Positions 53,401 through 64,000 of a stretch of DNA of 64,000 nt are shown here, one piece after another. The notes beneath the pieces were generated by a model, which had not been told where the DNA came from, ran no database searches, and worked only from the letters and a program-made list of their open reading frames with translations. Location: assembly GCF_009914755.1 (NCBI RefSeq), contig NC_060928.1; one strand, given 5' to 3'. The number at the start of each line of letters is the position of its first letter. Within the stretch, counting starts at the first letter, position 1. The translations under genes and the position numbers were made by a program. This DNA comes from the human T2T-CHM13v2.0 reference genome, Homo sapiens.

Positions 53401-56400
53401 TTGAACATTCCTTTTCATAGTGCAGGTTTGAAACACTCTTTCTGTAGTATCTGGAAGTGGACATTTCAAGCGCTTTCAGGCCTACGGGGAGAAAGGAAAT
53501 ATCTTCAAATAAAAACTAGACAGAAGGATTCTCAGAAACTTATTTGTGATGTGTCTCCTAAACGAACACAGTTGAACCTTTGTTTTGATACAGCATTTTG
53601 GAAACACTCCTTTTGTAGGATCTGCAGGTGGATATTTGGATAGATTTTAAGATTTCGTTGGAAACGGGAGTTTCTTCATAGAAACTCAAGACAGATGCAT
53701 TCTCAGAAACATCTCTGTGATGTTTGCATTCCACTCATAGAGTTGAAAACTTCCTTTCATAGAGCAGGTTTGAAACACTCTTTTTGTAATATTTGGAAGT
53801 GGACATTTGCAGCGCTTTGAGGCCTATGGTGAAAAAGGAAATATCTTCTCATAAAAACCAGAAACAAGCATTCTCAGAAACTTCTTTTTGATGTGTGTAC
53901 TCAAGTAACAGAGTTGAACCTTCCTTTTGACACAGCAGTTTTGAAACAATCTTTTTGTAGAATCTGCAAGTGGATATTTGGATAGCTTTGAGGATTTCGT
54001 TGGAAACGGGATATCTTCATATAAAATCTAGACAGAAGCATTCTCAGAAACTTCTTTGTGCTGTATGTCCTCAATTAACAGAGTTGAACCATTGCTTGGA
54101 TACAGCATTTTGGAAACATTCCTGGAGTAGAATCTGCAAGTTGATATTTAGATAGATTTGAAGATTTCGTTGGAAAAGGGAATATCTCCATATAAAATCT
54201 AGAGGGAAGCATTCTCAGAAACTGCTTTGTGATGTTTCCATTCAAGTCACAGAGTTGAATATTCCCTTTTATAGAGCACGTTTGAAACACTCTTTCTGCA
54301 CTATCTGGAAGTGGACATTTCGAGCGCTTTGAGGCCTATGGTGAAAAAGGAAATATCTTCCCATAAAAACTAGACAGAAGCATTCTCAGAAACTTGTTTG
54401 TGATGTGTGTATTCAACTAACAGAGTTGAACTTTTGTTTTTACAGAGCCGTTTTAAAACACTCTTTTTGTGGAATCAGAAAGTGGATATTCGGATGGCTC
54501 TGAGGATTTCGTTGGAAGCGGGATTACATATAAAATCTAGAGAGAAGCATTCTCAGGAACTTCTTTGTGATGTTTGCATTGAAGTCACAGAATTGAACAT
54601 TCACTTTGATAGAGCAGGTTTGAAACACTCATTCTGTAGTATCTGGAAGTGGACATTTCAAGCGCTTTCAGGCCTATGGTGAGAAAGGAAATATCTTCGA
54701 ATAAAAACTAGACAGAAGCATCCTCAGAAACTTATTTGTGATGTGTGTCCTCAACTAACAGAGTTGAAACTTTGTTTTGATACAGCATTTTGGAAACACT
54801 CTTTTTGTAGAATCTGCAGGTGGATATTTGGATAGCTTAGAGGGATTCGTTGGAAAGGGGATATCTTCATATAAAATCTAGACAGAAGCATTCTCAGAAA
54901 CTTATTTGTGATGTGTGTCCTCAACTAACAGAGTTGAACCTTGGTTTTGATACAGCATTTTGGAAACACTCCTTTTGTAGAATCTGCAGGTGGATATGTG
55001 GATAGCTCTGAAGATTTCGTTGGAAACGGGAATTTCTTCATATAAAATCAAACAGAAGCATTCTCAGAAACTTCTCAGTGATGTTTGCATTCAGCTCATG
55101 GAGTTGAACACTTCCTTTCATAGAGCCGGTTTGAAACACTCTTTCTGCACTACCTGGAAGAGGACACTTCGAGCGCTTTGAGTCCTATGGTGAAAAAGGA
55201 AATATCTTCTCATAAAAACCAGAAAGAAGCATTCTCAGAAACTTCTTTGTGTTGTGTGTACTCATGTAACAGTGTTGAACCATCCTTTTGACAGAGCAGT
55301 TTTGAAACACTCTTTTTGTAGAATCTGCAAGTGGATATTTGGATAGCTTAGAGGATTTCGTTGGAAACGGGATGACATATAATATCTAGAGAGAAGCATT
55401 CTCAGGAACTTCTTTGTGATGTTTGCATTCAAGTCACAGAATTGAACATTCCCTTTCATAGAGCAGGTTTGAAACACTCTTTCTCTAGTATCTGGAAGTG
55501 GGCATTTCAAGCGCTTTCAGGCCTATGGAGAGAAAGGAAATACCTTCAAATAAAAACTAGACAGAAGCATTCTCAGAAACTTATTTGTGATGTGTGTCCT
55601 CAACTAACAGAGTTGAACCTTTGTTTTGATACAGCATTTTGGAAACACTCCTTTTGTAGAATCTGCAGGTGGATATTTGGATAACTTTGAAGATTTCGTT
55701 GGAAACCGGAATATCTTCATATAAAATCAAGACAGAAGCATTCTCGGAAACATCTCTGTGATGTTTGCATTCAACTCAGTAGAGTTGAACACTTCCTTTC
55801 ATAGAGCCGGTTTGAAACACTCTTTCTGCACTACCTGGAAGCGGACGTTTCGAGCGCTTTGAGGCCTATGGTGAAAAAGGAAATATCTTCTCATAAAAAC
55901 CAGAAAGAAACATTCTCAGAAACTTCTTTGTGTTGTGTGTACTCAAGTAACAGTGTTGAACCTTCCTTTTGACACAGCAGTTTTGAAACACTCTTTTGGT
56001 AGAATCTGCAAGTGGATATTTGGATAGCTTTGAGGATTTCGTTGGAAACGGGTTATCTTCATATAAAATCCAGACAGGAGCATTCTCAGAAACTTCTTTG
56101 TGCTGCATGTCCTCAATTCACAGAGCAGAACCTTTGTTTGGATACAGCATTTTGGAGACATTCCTTTAGTAGAATCTGCAAGTTGATATTTAGATAGCTT
56201 TGAAGATTTCGTTGGAAACGGGAATATCTTCATAGAAAATCTAGACGGAAGCATTCTCAGAAACTGCTTTGTGATGTTTGCATTCAAGTCACAGAGTTGA
56301 ATATTCCCTTTTATAGAGTAGGTTTGAAACACTCTTTTGGCACTACCTGGAAGTGGATATTTCGAGCTCTTTGAGGCCTATGGTTAAAAGGAAATATCTT

Positions 56401-57098
56401 CCCATAAAAACTAGACAGAAGCCATCTCAGAAACTTGTTTGTGATGTGTGTATTCAACTAACAGAGGTGAACATTTCTGTTACAGAGCAATTTTAAAACA
56501 CTCTTTTTGTGGAATCTGAAAGTGGATAATTGGATAGCTTTGTGGATTTCGTTGGAAACGGGATGACGTATAAAATCTAGAGAGAAGCATTCTCAGGAAC
56601 TTCTTTCTGATGTTTGCATTCAAGTCACAGAATTGAACATTCCTTTTCATAGTGCAGGTTTGAAACACTCTTTCTGTAGTATCTGGAAGTGGACATTTCA
56701 AGCGCTTTCAGGCCTACGGGGAGAAAGGAAATATCTTGAAATAAAAACTAGACAGAAGGATTCTCAGAAACTTATTTGTGATGTGTGTCCTAAACGAACA
56801 CAGTTGAACCTTTGTTTTGATACAGCATTTTGGAAACACTCCTTTTGTAGGATCTGCAGGTGGATATTTGGATAGATTTTAAGATTTCGTTGGAAACGGG
56901 AGTTTCTTCATAGAAACTCAAGACAGATGCATTCTCAGAAACATCTCTGTGATGTTTGCATTCCACTCATAGAGTTGAAAACTTCCTTTCATAGAGCAGG
57001 TTTGAAACACTCTTTTTGTAATATTTGGAAGTGGACATTTGCAGCGCTTTGAGGCCTATGGTGAAAAAGGAAATATCTTCTCATAAAAACCAGAAACA
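47408..57098 (+). repeat. HOR units 17-19: 19-mers of 3228, 3231 and 3232 bp
   Basis: 4-bp deletion at 49909/49910 and 1-bp deletion near 52672; unit starts 47408, 50636, 53867. Confidence 0.92.
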
Positions 57099-59649
57099 AG
57101 CATTCTCAGAAACTTCTTTGTGTTGTGTGTACTCATGTAACAGTGTTGAACCTTCCTTTTGACACAGCAGTTTTGAAACACTCTTTTGGTAGAATCTGCA
57201 AGTGGATATTTGGATAGCTTTGAGGATTTCGTTGGAAACGGGTTATCTTCATATAAAATCCAGACAGGAGCATTCTCAGAAACTTCTTTGTGCTGCATGT
57301 CCTCAATTCACAGAGCTGAACCTTTGTTTGGATACAGCATTTTGGAAACATTCCTTGAGTAGAATCTGCAAGTTGATATTTAGATAGATTTGAAGATTTC
57401 GTTGGAAAAGGGAATATCTCCATATAAAATCTAGAGGGAAGCATTCTCAGAAACTGCTTTGTGATGTTTCCATTCAAGTCACAGAGTTGAATATTCCCTT
57501 TTATAGAGCACGTTTGAAACACTCTTTCTGCACTATCTGGAAGTGGACATTTCGAGCGCTTTGAGGCCTATGGTGAAAAAGGAAATATCTTCCCATAAAA
57601 ACTAGACAGAAGCATTCTCAGAAACTTGTTTGTGATGTGTGTATTCAACTAACAGAGTTGAACTTTTGTTTTTACAGAGCCGTTTTAAAACACTCTTTTT
57701 GTGGAATCAGAAAGTGGATATTCGGATGGCTCTGAGGATTTCGTTGGAAGCGGGATTACATATAAAATCTAGAGAGAAGCATTCTCAGGAACTTCTTTGT
57801 GATGTTTGCATTGAAGTCACAGAATTGAACATTCACTTTGATAGAGCAGGTTTGAAACACTCATTCTGTAGTATCTGGAAGTGGACATTTCAAGCGCTTT
57901 CAGGCCTATGGTGAGAAAGGAAATATCTTCGAATAAAAACTAGACAGAAGCATCCTCAGAAACTTATTTGTGATGTGTGTCCTCAACTAACAGAGTTGAA
58001 ACTTTGTTTTGATACAGCATTTTGGAAACACTCTTTTTGTAGAATCTGCAGGTGGATATTTGGATAGCTTAGAGGGATTCGTTGGAAAGGGGATATCTTC
58101 ATATAAAATCTAGACAGAAGCATTCTCAGAAACTTATTTGTGATGTGTGTCCTCAACTAACAGAGTTGAACCTTGGTTTTGATACAGCATTTTGGAAACA
58201 CTCCTTTTGTAGAATCTGCAGGTGGATATGTGGATAGCTCTGAAGATTTCGTTGGAAACGGGAATTTCTTCATATAAAATCAAACAGAAGCATTCTCAGA
58301 AACTTCTCACTGATGTTTGCATTCAGCTCATGGAGTTGAACACTTCCTTTCATAGAGCCGGTTTGAAACACTCTTTCTGCACTACCTGGAAGAAGACATT
58401 TCGAGCGCTTTGAGTCCTATGGTGAAAAAGGAAATATCTTCTCATAAAAACCAGAAAGAAGCATTCTCAGAAACTTCTTTGTGTTGTGTGTACTCAAGTA
58501 ACAGTGTTGAACCTTCCTTTTGACACAGCAGTTTTGAAACACTCTTTTTGTAGAATCTGCAAGTGGATATTTGGATAGCTTTGAGGATTTCGTTGGAAAC
58601 GGGTTATCTTCATATAAAATCCAGACAGGAGCATTCTCAGAAACTTCTTTGTGCTGCATGTCCTCAATTCACAGAGCTGAACCATTGTTTGGATACAGCA
58701 TTTTGGAAACATTCCTTTAGTAGAATCTGCAAGTTGATATTTAGATAGCTTTGAAGATTTCGTTGGAAACGGGAATATCTTCATAGAAAATCTAGACGGA
58801 AGCATTCTCAGAAACTGCTTTGTGATGTTTGCATTCAAGTCACAGAGTTGAATATTCCCTTTTATAGAGTAGGTTTGAAACACTCTTTTGGCACTACCTG
58901 GAAGTGGATATTTCGAGCTCTTTGAGGCCTATGGTTAAAAGGAAATATCTTCCCATAAAAACTAGACAGAAGCCGTCTCAGAAACTTGTTTGTGATGTGT
59001 GTATTCAACTAACAGAGTTGAACATTTCTGTTACAGAGCAATTTTAAAACACTCTTTTTGTGGAATCTGAAAGTGGATAATTGGATAGCTTTGTGGATTT
59101 CGTTGGAAACGGGATGACGTATAAAATCTAGAGAGAAGCATTCTCAGGAACTTCTTTCTGATGTTTGCATTCAAGTCACAGAATTGAACATTCCTTTTCA
59201 TAGTGCAGGTTTGAAACACTCTTTCTGTAGTATCTGGAAGTGGACATTTCAAGCGCTTTCAGGCCTACGGGGAGAAAGGAAATATCTTCAAATAAAAACT
59301 AGACAGAAGGATTCTCAGAAACTTATTTGTGATGTGTGTCCTAAACGAACACAGTTGAACCTTTGTTTTGATACAGCATTTTGGAAACACTCCTTTTGTA
59401 GGATCTGCAGGTGGATATTTGGATAGATTTTAAGATTTCGTTGGAAACGGGAGTTTCTTCATAGAAACTCAAGACAGATGCATTCTCAGAAACATCTCTG
59501 TGATGTTTGCATTCCACTCATAGAGTTGAAAACTTCCTTTCATAGAGCAGGTTTGAAACACTCTTTTTGTAATATTTGGAAGTGGACATTTGCAGCGCTT
59601 TGAGGCCTATGGTGAAAAAGGAAATATCTTCTCATAAAAACCAGAAACA
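57099..59649 (+). repeat. HOR unit 20: 15-mer variant with an m13/m14-type tract replacing much of m1/m2
   Basis: Period 57202 to 59753 = 2551; chimeric ORFs at 57056-57522. Confidence 0.9.
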
Positions 59650-62600
59650 AGCATTCTCAGAAACTTCTTTTTGATGTGTGTACTCAAGTAACAGAGTTGA
59701 ACCTTCCTTTTGACACAGCAGTTTTGAAACAATCTTTTTGTAGAATCTGCAAGTGGATATTTGGATAGCTTTGAGGATTTCGTTGGAAACGGGATATCTT
59801 CATATAAAATCTAGACAGAAGCATTCTCAGAAACTTCTTTGTGCTGTATGTCCTCAATTAACAGAGTTGAACCATTGCTTGGATACAGCATTTTGGAAAC
59901 ATTCCTTGAGTAGAATCTGCAAGTTGATATTTAGATAGATTTGAAGATTTCGTTGGAAAAGGGAATATCTCCATATAAAATCTAGAGGGAAGCATTCTCA
60001 GAAACTGCTTTGTGATGTTTCCATTCAAGTCACAGAGTTGAATATTCCCTTTTATAGAGCACGTTTGAAACACTCTTTCTGCACTATCTGGAAGTGGACA
60101 TTTCGAGCGCTTTGAGGCCTATGGTGAAAAAGGAAATATCTTCCCATAAAAACTAGACAGAAGCATTCTCAGAAACTTGTTTGTGATGTGTGTATTCAAC
60201 TAACAGAGTTGAACTTTTGTTTTTACAGAGCCGTTTTAAAACACTCTTTTTGTGGAATCAGAAAGTGGATATTCGGATGGCTCTGAGGATTTCGTTGGAA
60301 GCGGGATTACATATAAAATCTAGAGAGAAGCATTCTCAGGAACTTCTTTGTGATGTTTGCATTGAAGTCACAGAATTGAACATTCACTTTGATAGAGCAG
60401 GTTTGAAACACTCATTCTGTAGTATCTGGAAGTGGACATTTCAAGCGCTTTCAGGCCTATGGTGAGAAAGGAAATATCTTCGAATAAAAACTAGACAGAA
60501 GCATCCTCAGAAACTTATTTGTGATGTGTGTCCTCAACTAACTGAGTTGAAACTTTGTTTTGATACAGCATTTTGGAAACACTCTTTTTGAAGAATCTGC
60601 AGGTGGATATTTGGATAGCTTAGAGGGATTCGTTGGAAAGGGGATATCTTCATATAAAATCTAGACAGAAGCATTCTCAGAAACTTATTTGTGATGTGTG
60701 TCCTCAATTAACAGAGTTGAACCTTGGTTTTGATACAGCATTTTGGAAACACTCCTTTTGTAGAATCTGCAGGTGGATATGTGGATAGCTCTGAAGATTT
60801 CGTTGGAAACGGGAATTTCTTCATATAAAATCAAACAGAAGCATTCTCAGAAACTTCTCAGTGATGTTTGCATTCAGCTCATGGAGTTGAACACTTCCTT
60901 TCATAGAGCCGGTTTGAAACACTCTTTCTGCACTACCTGGAAGAGGACATTTCGAGCGCTTTGAGTCCTATGGTGAAAAAGGAAATATCTTCTCATAAAA
61001 ACCAGAAAGAAGCATTCTCAGAAACTTCTTTGTGTTGTGTGTACTCATGTAACAGTGTTGAACCATCCTTTTGACAGAGCAGTTTTGAAACACTCTTTTT
61101 GTAGAATCTGCAAGTGGATATTTGGATAGCTTTGAGGATTTCGTTGGAAACGGGATGACATATAATATCTAGAGAGAAGCATTCTCAGGAACTTCTTTGT
61201 GATGTTTGCATTCAAGTCACAGAATTGAACATTCCCTTTCATAGAGCAGGTTTGAAACACTCTTTCTCTAGTATCTGGAAGTGGGCATTTCAAGCGCTTT
61301 CAGGCCTATGGAGAGAAAGGAAATACCTTCAAATAAAAACTAGACAGAAGCATTCTCAGAAACTTATTTGTGATGTGTGTCCTCAACTAACAGAGTTGAA
61401 CCTTTGTTTTGATACAGCATTTTGGAAACACTCCTTTTGTAGAATCTGCAGGTGGATATTTGGATAGCTTTGAAGATTTCGTTGGAAACCGGAATATCTT
61501 CATATAAAATCAAGACAGAAGCATTCTCGGAAACAGCTCTGTGATGTTTGCATTCAACTCAGTAGAGTTGAACACTTCCTTTCATAGAGCAGGTTTGAAA
61601 CACTCTTTCTGCACTACCTGGAAGCGGACATTTCGAGCGCTTTGAGGCCTATGGTGAAAAAGGAAATATCTTCTCATAAAAACCAGAAAGAAGCATTCTC
61701 AGAAACTTCTTTGTGTTGTGTGTACTCAAGTAACAGTGTTGAACCTTCCTTTTGACACAGCAGTTTTGAAACACTCTTTTGGTAGAATCTGCAAGTGGAT
61801 ATTTGGATAGCTTTGAGGATTTCGTTGGAAACGGGTTATCTTCATATAAAATCCAGACAGGAGCATTCTCAGAAACTTCTTTGTGCTGCATGTCCTCAAT
61901 TCACAGAGCTGAACCTTTGTTTGGATACAGCATTTTGGAAACATTCCTTTAGTAGAATCTGCAAGTTGATATTTAGATAGCTTTGAAGATTTCGTTGGAA
62001 ACGGGAATATCTTCATAGAAAATCTAGACGGAAGCATTCTCAGAAACTGCTTTGTGATGTTTGCATTCAAGTCACAGAGTTGAATATTCCCTTTTATAGA
62101 GTAGGTTTGAAACACTCTTTCGGCACTACCTGGAAGTGGATATTTCGAGCTCTTTGAGGCCTATGGTTAAAAGGAAATATCTTCCCATAAAAACTAGACA
62201 GAAGCCGTCTCAGAAACTTGTTTGTGATGTGTGTATTCAACTAACAGAGTTGAACATTTCTGTTACAGAGCAATTTTAAAACACTCTTTTTGTGGAATCT
62301 GAAAGTGGATAATTGGATAGCTTTGTGGATTTCGTTGGAAACGGGATGACGTATAAAATCTAGAGAGAAGCATTCTCAGGAACTTCTTTCTGATGTTTGC
62401 ATTCAAGTCACAGAATTGAACATTCCTTTTCATAGTGCAGGTTTGAAACACTCTTTCTGTAGTATCTGGAAGTGGACATTTCAAGCGCTTTCAGGCCTAC
62501 GGGGAGAAAGGAAATATCTTCAAATAAAAACTAGACAGAAGGATTCTCAGAAACTTATTTGTGATGTGTGTCCTAAACGAACACAGTTGAACCTTTGTTT

Positions 62601-64000
62601 TGATACAGCATTTTGGAAACACTCCTTTTGTAGGATCTGCAGGTGGATATTTGGATAGATTTTAAGATTTCGTTGGAAACGGGAGTTTCTTCATAGAAAC
62701 TCAAGACAGATGCATTCTCAGAAACATCTCTGTGATGTTTGCATTCCACTCATAGAGTTGAAAACTTCCTTTCATAGAGCAGGTTTGAAACACTCTTTTT
62801 GTAATATGTGGAAGTGGACATTTGCAGCGCTTTGAGGCCTATGGTGAAAAAGGAAATATCTTCTCATAAAAACCAGAAACAAGCATTCTCAGAAACTTCT
62901 TTTTGATGTGTGTACTCAAGTAACAGAGTTGAACCTTCCTTTTGACACAGCAGTTTTGAAACAATCTTTTTGTAGAATCTGCAAGTGGATATTTGGATAG
63001 CTTTGAGGATTTCGTTGGAAACGGGATATCTTCATATAAAATCTAGACAGAAGCATTCTCAGAAACTTCTTTGTGCTGTATGTCCTCAATTAACAGAGTT
63101 GAACCATTGCTTGGATACAGCATTTTGGAAACATTCCTTGAGTAGAATCTGCAAGTTGATATTTAGATAGATTTGAAGATTTCGTTGGAAAAGGGAATAT
63201 CTCCATATAAAATCTAGAGGGAAGCATTCTCAGAAACTGCTTTGTGATGTTTCCATTCAAGTCACAGAGTTGAATATTCCCTTTTATAGAGCACGTTTGA
63301 AACACTCTTTCTGCACTATCTGGAAGTGGACATTTCGAGCGCTTTGAGGCCTATGGTGAAAAAGGAAATATCTTCCCATAAAAACTAGACAGAAGCATTC
63401 TCAGAAACTTGTTTGTGATGTGTGTATTCAACTAACAGAGTTGAACTTTTGTTTTTACAGAGCCGTTTTAAAACACTCTTTTTGTGGAATCAGAAAGTGG
63501 ATATTCGGATGGCTCTGAGGATTTCGTTGGAAGCGGGATTACATATAAAATCTAGAGAGAAGCATTCTCAGGAACTTCTTTGTGATGTTTGCATTGAAGT
63601 CACAGAATTGAACATTCACTTTGATAGAGCAGGTTTGAAACACTCATTCTGTAGTATCTGGAAGTGGACATTTCAAGCGCTTTCAGGCCTATGGTGAGAA
63701 AGGAAATATCTTCGAATAAAAACTAGACAGAAGCATCCTCAGAAACTTATTTGTGATGTGTGTCCTCAACTAACAGAGTTGAAACTTTGTTTTGATACAG
63801 CATTTTGGAAACACTCTTTTTGTAGAATCTGCAGGTGGATATTTGGATAGCTTAGAGGGATTCGTTGGAAAGGGGATATCTTCATATAAAATCTAGACAG
63901 AAGCATTCTCAGAAACTTATTTGTGATGTGTGTCCTCAACTAACAGAGTTGAACCTTGGTTTTGATACAGCATTTTGGAAACACTCCTTTTGTAGACTCT
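59650..64000 (+). repeat. HOR unit 21 (19-mer, 59650-62881) and partial unit 22
   Basis: Period 3232; the window ends within m7 of unit 22. Confidence 0.95.

Larger units (their letters stand above)
1..64000 (+). repeat. Centromeric alpha-satellite HOR array, canonical 19-mer of 3232 bp; probably human chromosome 4 D4Z1 (S2C4H1L, SF2)
   Basis: Alphoid motifs (AGCATTCTCAGAAAC, GTTTGAAACACTC, TTCGTTGGAAACGGGA) recur every 166-172 bp, and identical ORFs recur at 3232-bp spacing (224, 3456, 6688, 9920, 13152). Alpha-satellite identity is essentially certain. The D4Z1 assignment rests on recalled knowledge of a ~3.2-kb 19-mer with a ~2.6-kb 15-mer variant. Confidence 0.9.

Noticed and set aside
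224-63697. All ORFs in the six-frame track (61-152 aa)
   Set aside because: They are short, overlap on both strands, often start at GTG/TTG and recur with the HOR period. They are chance translations of alpha satellite and were used only as positional markers.
1-64000. CRISPR-like array of conserved motifs with variable spacers
   Set aside because: The 'spacers' are homologous monomer bodies that repeat periodically, and there are no cas genes.
1-64000. Hidden L1/Alu insertion, inversion or foreign cassette
   Set aside because: Every unit length is explained by whole-monomer deletions or 1-4 bp indels, and all CENP-B boxes and ORF patterns keep one orientation.
63991-64000. Terminal TGTAGACTCT differing from the expected TGTAGAATCT
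   Set aside because: A single substitution at the window edge; too little sequence to call a junction.

Overview
The whole 64 kb window is one uninterrupted, single-orientation primate alpha-satellite array of ~171-bp monomers. It is organised as a highly homogeneous higher-order repeat (HOR) whose canonical unit is 3232 bp / 19 monomers. From recall, not a search, this best matches the active human chromosome 4 centromeric array D4Z1 (S2C4H1L, suprachromosomal family 2). I see no genes, RNA genes, transposon insertions or inversions, and all listed ORFs are artefacts of the repeat. Monomers are numbered m1-m19 by me, with m1 starting at 121. Unit order in monomers is 19,19,19,19,12,15,19,15,19,19,18,19,18,15,18,15,19(-4 bp),19(-1 bp),19,15,19,partial. 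The 19-mer is built as 8+4+7 from an ancestral 7-mer and carries 8 intact and 3 degenerate CENP-B boxes. I found no new coding system. The notable signal is the recombination record: deletion variants, length-neutral out-of-register conversion tracts, reciprocal junctions in one ~36-bp window, and overlapping multi-HOR tandem duplications of 5783, 6294 and 5613 bp. All SNP comparisons were made by eye and need alignment to confirm.
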